DNA of 64,000 nt from an uncultured Hyphomicrobiales bacterium (lineage in GTDB: Bacteria > Bacteroidota > Ignavibacteria > Kapaibacteriales > UBA7675), in assembly GCA_964445695.1 (NCBI GenBank), contig CAYULF010000028.1, positions 7,103 through 71,102 on the forward strand. The letters are read 5' to 3'. Of the stretch, positions 25,562-37,500 are shown piece after piece. A program made the translations under genes and the position numbers. Position 1 is the first letter of the stretch. Each line of letters begins with the position of its first letter. Below the pieces are notes generated by a model, which worked only from the letters and a program-made list of their open reading frames with translations, had not been told where the DNA came from and made no database searches.

Positions 25562-28500
25562 TTATGAGCCGATCTTCAATCGACCCTCATTGAGTATCGT
25601 CGCGTCATTGCTGACTGCTCCGAATACTTCAAAAGCATTGACGCCGGGTAAAATATGCAATATTGCGCCGTTCTGCACACGTAAATCTCCACGGGCGCGA
25701 ACGGGCAGGGTCACGGTCTTGGTGCCGCTAAGGTTGATATCGACGTTGCCGTAGCCGTCCAGCCCATTGGGCGGAGCTGTGACGATCTGATTGATACCGT
25801 AATACTCGACCGTGTTTTGAATGTCTATCCGGTAGTTTGCAAATCCAGGCAAGGCAGTTGAAAAGTCGGCCGAACCACCAATCCTGAGCAGGGTATTGCT
25901 CGTCATAACGGCTTCCCCACCGCCCGCATTACCTACTCCGAAAGTCACCGCATCCAACACGCCGGAAATCAGTCTCATAGCCTCGGACACGGTCAAGTCG
26001 CGATCGAGCGTCACAACGTTGTTACCGGTCGCTCCACTGTTTTCGACCGTGAAACTCGCCATCGTGGCAGGCAGGCCGTCGCCCAACACCTGATTGGTTG
26101 TTCCACTATATACATAGCTCGCTTCCGTTGAAAACAGCCTGTTTGCGGTCCGAACATTGCCGCTGCTGACCGGCGATGCCACAATTCCCTGCGGAGACCC
26201 GATTCGGAGAGTCGCTCCCGTCGTGGTTTGAAACCACTCGCCGGAGATTGACCGGTCGGCCAGATCTAACGTTCCGGTATTTGACAGTGATGTTCCGACA
26301 GTCATACCGCCAATCGTGCGATCCGTGTCCAGTAAAACGACGTGGTCGCCTGTCCCGGCGGTCCCGCCTCCGATTACGATGCTGTCCTGCGGATTGTCGG
26401 GGAAAATTCCCGGGCCAACCGGCGCGCCTAGGTGCGATGGATCAAATGTCCACGTAGAACCAATATTCCACAATCCGGACGCCAGACTATAGAATATTCG
26501 CCTGAAAGCACCGACATCGCCGAGGGTCCAGTCTCCCTCAAACTCAGATGCCGCCAAGGCGGCCGGCGAAGTAAAGATGTTGCCTCCGGAGTTAAGTGTT
26601 GCACCCGACATCAGACGCCATGAACCACTGCCGCCTTCATCAACCGGATTCCAGCGGGCGATCGTGGCAAAATTGCTTTCGTCGCCTGTTATGTCATCAA
26701 CACCGTCGAGGTAATGAAACGTCCACTGACCGGACACACCGGTGCTTACGTCGCCTATTGCCCAATAACGCCGGATATAATCGCTCGCTCCGCCGCTCAG
26801 ATGCAAGTGGCCGCCGTCCGCTTTCTGACCCGGCGATACTCGAACACCAACAGAGCCATCGGCTCCTGCAACAGCAGCGGCAAACTCCGCAGGAGTGTAT
26901 TTATCCGCGCCGCCGTCAAAAGATCCAAGGGGGAACAGATAGTTGCCTCCGGAGGCCGTCACGGCTCGATGCAGTCGTCCGCTCAGCAGGCTCGTACGCA
27001 CGTATCGATATGGCGCGGCGCTTGTCCCCGCGTCGACAATTGCGCCAACAGCCGAAGACTGAACCGTAAGATTTGCACTGCTTCCAAGTTCGACCACCTG
27101 CTGATTTGAATTGGCGCCTTCACGCAGGTCGAGTATGCCGGCTACGCTGACGTCGTGACCAAGGTGAACGACGCCGCTACCCGCGGCGCGATTCATGGTC
27201 ATGTGCTGCAATGCCGTCACACCCGCGCCGGTAACGTTCTGATCGTCCGAGCCGCCGCCCTGGAAGGTCATGACCGCATCAGGAGCGGCTGCAGCGCTTC
27301 TCAGTTCGGTGAAATCAATGCGTCCGTCGTTCAACACGTCCGCCTGAATTCTGAGGTTACCGGCCGCCGCCAGCGGATGCAGCACAGCGCTTGTACTGCC
27401 GACCGCCAGATTCCAGATTGCACCGTTACTCACTTCTATATCAAATTCCTGGGCTGCGGCCGATAGAGCGTCTCCGAACTGAATCGTTCCGCCGGTTACG
27501 TTGACCGTGGACGCCAAAATATTGACATCCGCCGGGCGACCGACGGCGCTGCTCATATTTGCATTGCGCACCAAAAGCTTTCCGGCAGCCATGGCAAACG
27601 AAGAGCCGGGAGCGCGCAGATCAAATGAACCGAGCGTGGCGTTGTCATGACCGACAGTTGCAACATTAACCTGTCCGCCGGCCTGATAGTAGTCGAGCAA
27701 ATAGGTATCGACGGCTACTTCGGGACTGATGCGTCCTGCGACCGTCATCGTTCCGTTTAACACACTGATCCGGCTGCCGGCAGTATTGGTGTAGCGCAAG
27801 GAATTCCCGTCAAAATTTCCAATCACAACCGCTCCGCTGCTGTTAAGCAGCAGCTCGCCGCCATCGATCACCTGGGATGCACCGGAGCCGTCCTGCCCCA
27901 TGACATATGAACCAGATCCAGTTATGTGCAACGCCCCTGTTGCCGCAATTGTCTGAGTTCGAGATTGTCCAACGCCGTCGTCCATCGTCAACGTGCCGGC
28001 ACGCTGCTCCCAGGTGCCGTTAATAAAATTGATGGCGTCGCCGCTGCCGATTCGGCTGACACCCAGGTCGACAGAACTGACGACCGGCGTTGCCGGTGCA
28101 CCTTTGTCAAGCGTAACGCCATGCAGACGCACCGCCCCTACGCCGCTCAGGTTCTGAGTTGCCGTTGAGCTGAAGATCGTTTCGGCTTTGAAATTGGAAT
28201 TGTTCGGCACGGGACGCATCAACCATTCGCCGTCAATGTTAACATCGCCGCGCAGAGACAGGCTGTGTGTCCTTGGACCTGTGCCGCTCGTTTCTACCTC
28301 AAATGCCGCTCCGCCGGCAACTGAAAGACGACCGTTAACAAGAAGGGCCTGGTCAGCCGGAGAGCCAAACGCATCATTGTTGTCAAACACCAGTCGACCG
28401 GTTTGAACAGTCAGGTCGCCGCTCATGTCAATCCCGTCGCGATTGAGCATGACATTGCGTGTATTGTTGTCCGTGTCCACAAGAATGTCATTAACAGCAA

Positions 28501-31500
28501 GGGGAAACGCGCCGCCAAAAAACTGATCCAGTGAACCGCTGAAGACGTAATCTGCACGCGGCTCGAACACTCGCACGGCATCGCTGAATCGCCAGACGCC
28601 TGCGCTAGTGCCGGATTCGATACCCACAGCCGCAGCAATGTTAACAACCGCATCATCGCGTACGATCGATGCGCTGGTGCCGTAGGGACTTTCCGTCAGG
28701 AATGAACCCGCGCCGATGCGCAAAACCCCGTTGCTTGTTAACTCGAGATAGGCAATCTCCGGCTGCGTGTTTAACAATATTTCGTGGCCACCGCCAATAA
28801 TCACGCTGTCGCGCACCTCGTACTCTTGTCCGGGCGCGAGCTGCCAGTCGTGATTCGGGTATACCCCGGCAGGCACCGCTGCGCCGGCAAATCCGGTAAA
28901 TGACCAGGATGTTGAGTTATTCCAATCGCCGTCGCTGCGGCTATAGAAAATGCGTTGCGCACGCTCACCTATATAAAACTCGCCCAGGCCGGGCCAGGGA
29001 GTCGCTCCGACGGACAGTCGTACGTTGGCCGCACCAACATTCCACTCCAGATTCCGCCGATCCGACCACTCCGGCGTTTCAAGCGGAATACTGCGACGGC
29101 GGATAATGCTGTTAGTGGTTGTAAGGGATGCGAGCTCAGCCGCCGGGAAGCCAAGTGTGAGGTTGGCGGTGCGGCTGCCCAGCGCAAAGGTCGTTGCACC
29201 CGTTACGCTCCAATATCTGTCGATTTTGGCGGCAGCGTCGAGGCGGTTGCCGATCCATTCTTCATCGGGAACCGGCGTATACGAGATGACGTCAACCGAT
29301 CCGGCCACACCGCCGCCACCGGCCGCCAACTGTACCTCAACCGGCGTGTAATCGTCCAGATTGCCTACTTCAAAGACAATGTTGTCGGCCCCCGCGCCGG
29401 CAGGTTTGCGCATCTTTCCGTCAACGTGTCCCGCGTTGTTAACACGCAGTACATTGCCGGGAACCTGCACTTCCACATAGCGGTCTGCATCGCGGACGCG
29501 GATGTTGCCGGAGGAACTGAACGTCAAAGTGTTAATGACATGTACATGCGCCGTCGAGGAAGCCACATAGTCGGATTTAACCAGCAGATCCTCACCTTCA
29601 ATGCTGATGTCGTAGAAGTCAACGCCGCCGTGGTTGTCCAGGCGCAAATCACGGTCAATCTGACCGCGGAACGCAACTGATGCATCCAGCGGATCAAAAA
29701 GTCCATTATTGCGCAGTATCATGTCGCCGTACAGGTGCAGGCTGCGGCGTCCGCAGTTAAATGTTCCGTGCTCAATGAGCAAAGTGTCGCGAACGCCGAC
29801 GGGGTTTGCGCCGGTCGGCAAGGACAGGAACACGGAATTAAACGGCGTCGAGTTGTTGTCTACAATGATGGCTGCAACACTGTCCGGAAGTGCATCGCCG
29901 GTATTCTGGCTGCCGGCAGTACTGTTAAACACGTAGCGGCCCACCCCAAAAATACGGGTGTCGGTCTGTATTGCACCGCGGTCGCCAAGGGGAGCGATTC
30001 CCTGCAGGTGATGCATGCCAAGCGTACAGGAATCCTGGAGTTCAAAACTCAGCCCGCGCACGGTGCCCAGGTCGCCTTCAATGTACAGTTCGCCGGGCAG
30101 ATTGTTAAACACCTCCACTAGAACAGAGCGAATAGTGGGTGTGATAATTGAACCGGGAAGACTGACGCGTTTGCCGTTGCCGATCCGCACAATGTCCGTC
30201 GACTGATCCGGAATGCGCGGTGCGACCGCCCCCGTGTAACCTGTTATCGACCATGTTGTGGGGTCGGTCCAGTCGCCGTTCTGACGACTATAGAAGGTCG
30301 TGCTGTTTAACTCCGCCAGCAGGAAATCGCCGAATTCCGTGTTGCCGGAAGAGCGCATCGTGGTGTCGGTGCGCGTCGGCGTTGAAAGCGTCGCCCAACT
30401 TCCGCCGGATGGGCACAGTGCCGGAAGGTCCGGGCAGGCAGGCGTGTAGCGATGCTGCTCAAAAAAGAGCAATTCTGGACTGTTGCGCAGATCGTCGGGA
30501 TTGATAAACTGCAGCGTTAAACGGAAGGTACGCGAAGCTCCCAGGTCAAACGCCCCGGCAGTTGTAACATTCCAGTAGCGTTGAATATTGTTGTCGAGTT
30601 TAACATTTGCCGTGGAGATGTGCGGGTGATTGCTGCCGTTGGCCATCACGCCCACCAGACCGGCGGTTCCCCCGCTGCCCTGCGTTTCAAACACCGCCGG
30701 TGTATAAGCACTCAGGGAAGCGGATGTGCCGACCGCAAAGTCGACTATTCTGGCGCCGGCGTCGACCCAACGATAGAGCCGACCATCAACGTGCCCCTGG
30801 CCGTTGCGAATCAATTGCAGCGTACTGCTGGTAGTCGGGGAATGCTCAACATAACGTGCATTGCTGCGAGCATCAATGAGGGCCTGGTTTCCGACGGCAA
30901 ACTCCAGCGTGTTGTGCACGATCAGATTGGAGTTGGCGCCGCTGCCAAGAATAAGATTTCCACCGGATTTGGACAGCCGCAAATTGTAAGTTTGCAATCC
31001 ACCGGCATCGTCATTGTAGATCGTTTGGTCGGAACTTCCGTTCAACACCAGCAGGCGGGCGTCCGACGGATCTGAACCGCTGACCGCATCAAACAATCCG
31101 TAGTTAACAATATCGCCGCCCACTTCCAGCGTATTGCCGTACAGTTGCAGACGGTGCGCGTTGTCGACTTCGACTCCGTTACTGATGACAAATGTTTCTT
31201 CCGTGACCCGTGTTTTGACTCCGCCGGAGACAGCATGCAGCGAATAGATCGGCATGGAACCGGCAAGTTTGATAATACCGGTATTTGTAAACGTTGAATC
31301 TCCCGTCTGAATCAATCCGCCCGTCATACCGCTTCCGCTGCCCGCATCGACGCGGAAGTCCGCCGACGCGCCGCTGGTTCCATTGGCGACAATAATGCGA
31401 CCGCCACCCATGCTGAACGACGAGCCGGAATTAACCATATCAAAGCCAATCCTGGACGCATCGCTGTTGCCTTGCCGCAGTACGCGCGTAGTTCCACCGG

Positions 31501-34500
31501 AAGACTGTTCGTACTGCACCGTCGAACCGGCGTTAAATCGGCCAAAAATGCCCGCAACATCAAATTCACCGTCTTCTACTCGGACAATTGTGCCCGCGCG
31601 ATACAGAAAGTGTTCGTTTAACCCGTCGCCGACGCGCAGATCGCCGCCACGCAGTCGTATCCGTGTGGCTGCGTTGGAAATCAGGCTGCCGGAGCTCTTG
31701 ATTTCCCCATCCTGAATATCAAATGCAGTGTTCGGCGACATGGTAACTGAAACGTTGCCATATGAGAGGCCCAACGTTCCGCTGGTGGCATGGCGCAGCA
31801 CCCCGGCAAGCGGTCTGAACAAATAATTCGATGCACGGCCGGTCGCTTCGGAAAAGGTCGCCGACAGGTTTATGAGTGTATCTGCCAGGCCGTTGGATTT
31901 CTGCATTCTGACGCGTGCAACATCGCCCCAGACGCCGTCTCCGCTGAGCGTGTTGTTGCCTCCGCCGGAAAAACGCAAAACCGTATTGTTGGTCGGACTG
32001 TTGTTTAAGTAGACGCCCGCACTTGAACCGGACTGTGCAACGTTGCGCATGTTGCCCGTGATTGTCAGTGTGTCGTAACGCGCGCCGGAGTTGTCGCCGT
32101 CGATAATGCCATCGTACTCAACATCCAGATTGCGACTGACAACCAGATGTTTCAGTCCCGGCGTGGCACCGAATCGGACAATTCCACGGCCCAGAGCCTC
32201 CGTGCCGTTAAACGGGCCACCGATGCGCAACGAGTCGACCATGACTGAATCGAGGTCCATCGTGATAATGTGACCATCGACCATTACGGTATCGTTGCTG
32301 TACAATTCAAATGGATAGTAGGAAGCCGAAATACCGGCATGCCCGATGTTGGACCAATTTTCAGGATTGCTCCAGTCGCCCGTCTGCCGGCTGTAGAAAA
32401 TCCGGCCGGTAAAAAAGACGAGTTTGCCGCCGGCGCTCCAGTCGCCATCGACAAATGGCGCATCGGTAGCCACCACCGGCGAAGGCGTGGCTTTGGGGTT
32501 GTCGCCGACGTTGATTTCCCACTCGCCGGTACCGCGGTAAAACGCGGGCAAATAACTCGAGACGTCGCCTGTAATGTCAACATCTTCGTACCCAAACTGC
32601 AGGGAGTTTGAGACGATGGCTGAAATATCGCTTGTCGTCACCGTCCAGAATTTTTTCAGCATGTCATCCTGCAAACGCTGAGGATGCAATCCATCGCGCA
32701 GTCTGACGCCGATCGTCGGCAAAGCACCGTAAGTTCCTGTGATGCTGAGATCGGCCGGATTGTACACCGTGTCAATACCTATCGGGAACAGGAACGACTT
32801 CGCGCCGGCCGCCGTACTAAACTGTTTAATGATGATGCCCGCGCTGGTAGACCCGTCGCTGCGGAACATCCGTGTTTTGCTGAAAACTCCGGCACCGGGA
32901 CTCAGAGTCGCCGCAGGCTCAAACGTCAATTCAATATCGTTTCCAAGGAGAACAAGGTTGTCCTCGTCGAACGTCATTGTGCCGCCGATGGTGGCACTGG
33001 TGGCAAACTCAAGGGTGTTTTCGTCTTTGTTCAGGCTGAAATCGTTAAAACTTGTCGCTGCGCTGCCGCGAATTTCCTGCTGTTTAAATCCAACACAGGT
33101 CACCTCTCCCGTTCCGGTGTTGAGCGCGGCAGTGGAATTGTTGTTAACCCAGTCACCGCCGAGGTCGATATCATTGCTGCCGATTTCAAATGTACCGCGC
33201 GTTAACACAAGCGAGTCGGCCACGTCAATATTCTTGCCGAGTTGAATCGTGCCCGGGTTTGTCCGCTGTGCGTCGACTTCAAAAGCCCACAAGATGTCCG
33301 GCAGTCCGTTGCCCGTCTGCTGGGTCACCTGAATTGCGTCATTAACAATCAGCACCGTATAGTCTTCCACTTCGCCGGTACTGCCGTTGCAGGGCCCTGA
33401 CGTGTTGGTTCCTTCGCGCATCTGTACGCGCATCCGTGCAACGCCAGGTAAGGTTCCGCCTGGAATTGTGAAGTCAGGCGAGGTCTGCTGACCGGACCCT
33501 GTGAAATCGACCATCCGCTCAGACGAGTTGTCGTCAAACGACCCATCGCGGTCAAAATCGATCCATACACGCCAGCGTTTGGTGCTGCCCGTGCTTGGAT
33601 TAAATATCATGTCGTACTGCTGCCCGGCTGTCATGGTAATGACGCTGTCGGCATAGTAAAACAAGCCGTTGCCGAAGTTGTTCGTCGAATTATCAAAAAT
33701 CGTGGCAGTGCTGTTGTCGCGCACGCGCACGCGCGAAATCCAGTGTGTATTTGAATTCCAACCGGGTCGACAATAGCTGAAGTCACCGCCGACCGACGCA
33801 TTGTATCCCTCAGCGGTATAAACAATGTTCATGCTGTCGAGGAACGCACGCGTATATGTCAACACATTGCCGTTCCCGGTAAATCCACTGCGGATACCAT
33901 CCTGCGATCCAACTCCAAGCGTACCTCCCTTTTCCACCGTCAGCGCCGCTCCACGCAATTCAAACGGTCCAAGCATCAGCGTGCCGGTTTTCTTGACCGT
34001 CACATTGGGCCCATAAAAGGCATTCTCGGTTGCACCGCCGCCGTACAGCCATGATGTACCAATGTTACAGTCCATCGAGACTGTGTGGTTGGCGGCTATG
34101 AATACTACGTCATACTGGGTATTCGGGTGGCGCGAAGCCGGTGCGCCGTTGTGGTCGACGGTCGACCAAGTGTTAACATCGCACCAGTCGCCGTCCGTGC
34201 GGCTGTAGAACGTCGTGATCGCAATCGAATTCTGGTTGCCTATGACAAAGTCGCCCAGCAAGGTCGAGCCGTCCGTCAAAACCTGTGTCGATCCCAACAG
34301 GGTGTCGACCGGGAAGTCGTTGGCGACGATAGTACTGGCGCTACCGTCGTAGTCAATATTGCCGAGTGTTAAACGCGTATCGCCGCAGCCGAAGCCGGCC
34401 GCATAGTTCGCGGCGGCTGTATTGGGACGCAGAGACTGCCAGCCCTCGGTCGCGCCGCGGTGAATACCGATTTCACTACAGGCGATCGCATCGATAAGGC

Positions 34501-37500
34501 CGGCATCCGCCGGATCGAGAATCTGGCATGTCACGGTCACCGTGCGATTGCCGCGAACAAAAGTTGAATTCTGCGGGGTCGTGACACGCCAGAAGCGAGG
34601 AACATACCGGTTGGGATCAATCGGCGTGTTAAAATGGTTCAGCGCCGTGTGCCGCCCAGGATTGTTGCGAACACCAACCAGGCCCGCCGTCCCGCCCGAA
34701 CCTTCCAATCTGAACGTAAACGGCACGTAATTTTCATCCTGCCCAACGTGAAACAAAACCGTCTGGGTGCCGGTACCAACGCTCATCTGCAGGTTGCCGT
34801 CCACGTGACCAATCCCCGCGCGCACCACACTGCCGGGTACTATTACATTGCAGTCCGTATTGCTGCGCGCGTCGATGTACGCCTGGTTCCCCGTTTCAAA
34901 TCGCAGGCTGCCATTGACGGTTAGCGCGGAGTTTGTTCCGAGTGTAAGCAGCCCCGTATTGATCGCTTTGTCCACTGTCAGGTTAAACAGCGAGAGATTG
35001 GACGCCGAAGCAATGATGCTCTGACCGGTGCTGCCGTTAAACGTCACCGTAGAAGTCTGTGGCGTGATCGAAGCATTGGTTGTTGCGCGCAGATCCCCCT
35101 GCAGGTTCAACGCCGCTCCAAGCACCAGTTCACCACTCTCAATGCGGCAGGTGTCAGTGACATTAACGCTGTTGTCCAGCGTGACATCCGCGGCATTTTT
35201 CTGAATGATCAGGCGTGCCACGGTGCCGGGCAGTCCGTCGCCGGTGATTTGTGAGGCCAATGCACCGGTGTAAACAAATGTCCCACGATTGTGCGATGCC
35301 GGATTGTAATTGCGCACCGAGGTCTGGATCGACCCGGAAGCCGCCGCGGCGCGCAATCCACCAACGTTGCCGCACATCAGCATCGACTCTACGTCCATAC
35401 TGAACGTACCTGTGCCGGTCACCACATTGATGTCCGCATTAAACACGCCGGATGAGTCGATTGTCAGTTCCCCATTAACGGTCGCCGCGGCGTCGAGACG
35501 AATGGTTTTGCTGTCGCCAATGTAAATGCGTGCATTGGCTGTGGGCACGATGGACGCGGGAGCGCCGCCATATCCCTGCGTAGACCAGGAGGCCGGATTT
35601 GTCCAATCCCCGTTGTCGACAAGACTGTAAAAACTGTATGCATCGGGCTCGCCAATTGTCAGCGTGCCGAACTCGGTAAGTCCTTCAAATGCAATGGTCG
35701 TCGCCGTGCGCAGCCCCTGGGCCGGATTCTCAAATCGATTCGGCAATATCCAGGACGTTCCATTCCAGAGGCGTGATTCGTAGAGGAGCGGGTCGGCACC
35801 ATTGCGCGCATCGCCGGCCAGGAAGTTAAGTTCAGCGGTGTAACTGCGATCTGCGCCAAGACTAAACGATCCGCCGGACGGCACGGAAATACGCCACTGA
35901 CGCCGTACGTGACGCGAATCGTTTAACAAACTGCCCGCCGGAGCAACACCGGTGCTCACGGGCGAAGATGATGCGATTACAGTGTCCGATCGAATGCCCA
36001 CCACTCCGGCACTTCCACCAGTCCCGTCAACAGCGAGTATTACAGGCGTATAAGCGGCGGCATAACCGACTTCGTACTCTATCGATTGCGGCCCTGTTGC
36101 AACAGTTTTCCGCAATTCTCCGACGACGTGACCGGGAGCGCCGCCGCCACGCACAATTGATCCCTTAGTCCAGATGTGACGCTCGCCGACGTCGATATTT
36201 CCGCCTGTAAGGATAAGGCTGTTTTCAATTGTCAGTCCATCCGTCGCCGCACCAATAAACCGTGCATCAAGTCCCGCACCGCCGTTGTCGACAGTCAGAT
36301 CGTAAAACTCCTGACCATGTCCGGATACTCGCAGTTTTTGCTGCGCCGCACCGTTAAATACAACCTGTGAATTGCCGGCCGAAAACGTCCCACCCGTATT
36401 GATCCAGTCCCCTGCCAGGCTCAGCGTTGAACTGGTCATGTTCAGCGTTGCCGATGTGCCCATCAACAGGTCATTGTCAATTGCCATATCGTCCAGCGGC
36501 GTGATTGCACCCAGACCGTCAAACAGAACGGTGTTAAATGCATTGTCCACCGTACTGCGCGATCTGATATTGATGTTCTCACCCAATGATTCGGAGCGAA
36601 ATATAACGGCATTGTTCCCGGCGTCAAAAACGCCACCGCTGTTCTCCCAGTCGCCGCGAACTTCCAGGTCAAAGCCGGCCGACTCAAGCGTTGTATTGGT
36701 CTGAATTTCAAGATTGTTAAGCACGACAAATGTACTGGCGCCGGTGCTGGAGAGCGACTTTACGCCGCTGCCCGACGTTACGAGGTTGTAGTAGTTCAGA
36801 TAAACAAGTGAATCGGCGGGAGCAAGCGGCCGCGTCGGAATCGACTGAGCGCCCGCCGCGTTAAACACTACGGTAGAACCGTCGGTGAGAAAACGCTGCG
36901 AGGCGGCGCCGGCAAATTTCAGTTCGGAAATATCCAGTAAAGCACCGATTCTGATCTGTCCCTGCGGACGCAGGCTGATCGCCGCAGTTGGCCCGCGCTC
37001 TCCGCTGATGGCAAGTTCGTTGTACTGCAACACGGCCGGACTGGAGCCTGAGCTGGGAATTGTCTGGTTACCGGTGCCGCCAAACGTCACACGACCATTG
37101 GTAAATGTGGGAGCGCTGTAGTTGGTCGGAAATGTATTGCGCACCAGGAGCTCGCCGTCGCGCATCTTGAGACTGCGCCCGGAACTGTTGCCGTTGACGG
37201 TGAATGCAGCCAGATCGAGTACGCCGTTTTCTATTACCAGCGAATCGCTGATCGCGATGGACTTGCCTAGCACCAGGGTGTCGCCCACGGCTTTGTCAAC
37301 AATGATTGTCTGCACTGGGCTGGGCAGCCCGTCGCCCGTGGATTGCGGCGAGGCTGTTCCGTTAAATCGATACACGGCTGCTGCGCTCAGATCGCGAATG
37401 GTCGTCTGCACCGCTCCGGACGCTCCAACCAACGCAAAACCTTCGGAATGGGCATTAACAAATTCCGTGTTGTCGGCCAGCCGCAAAGTATCGCCTGTAA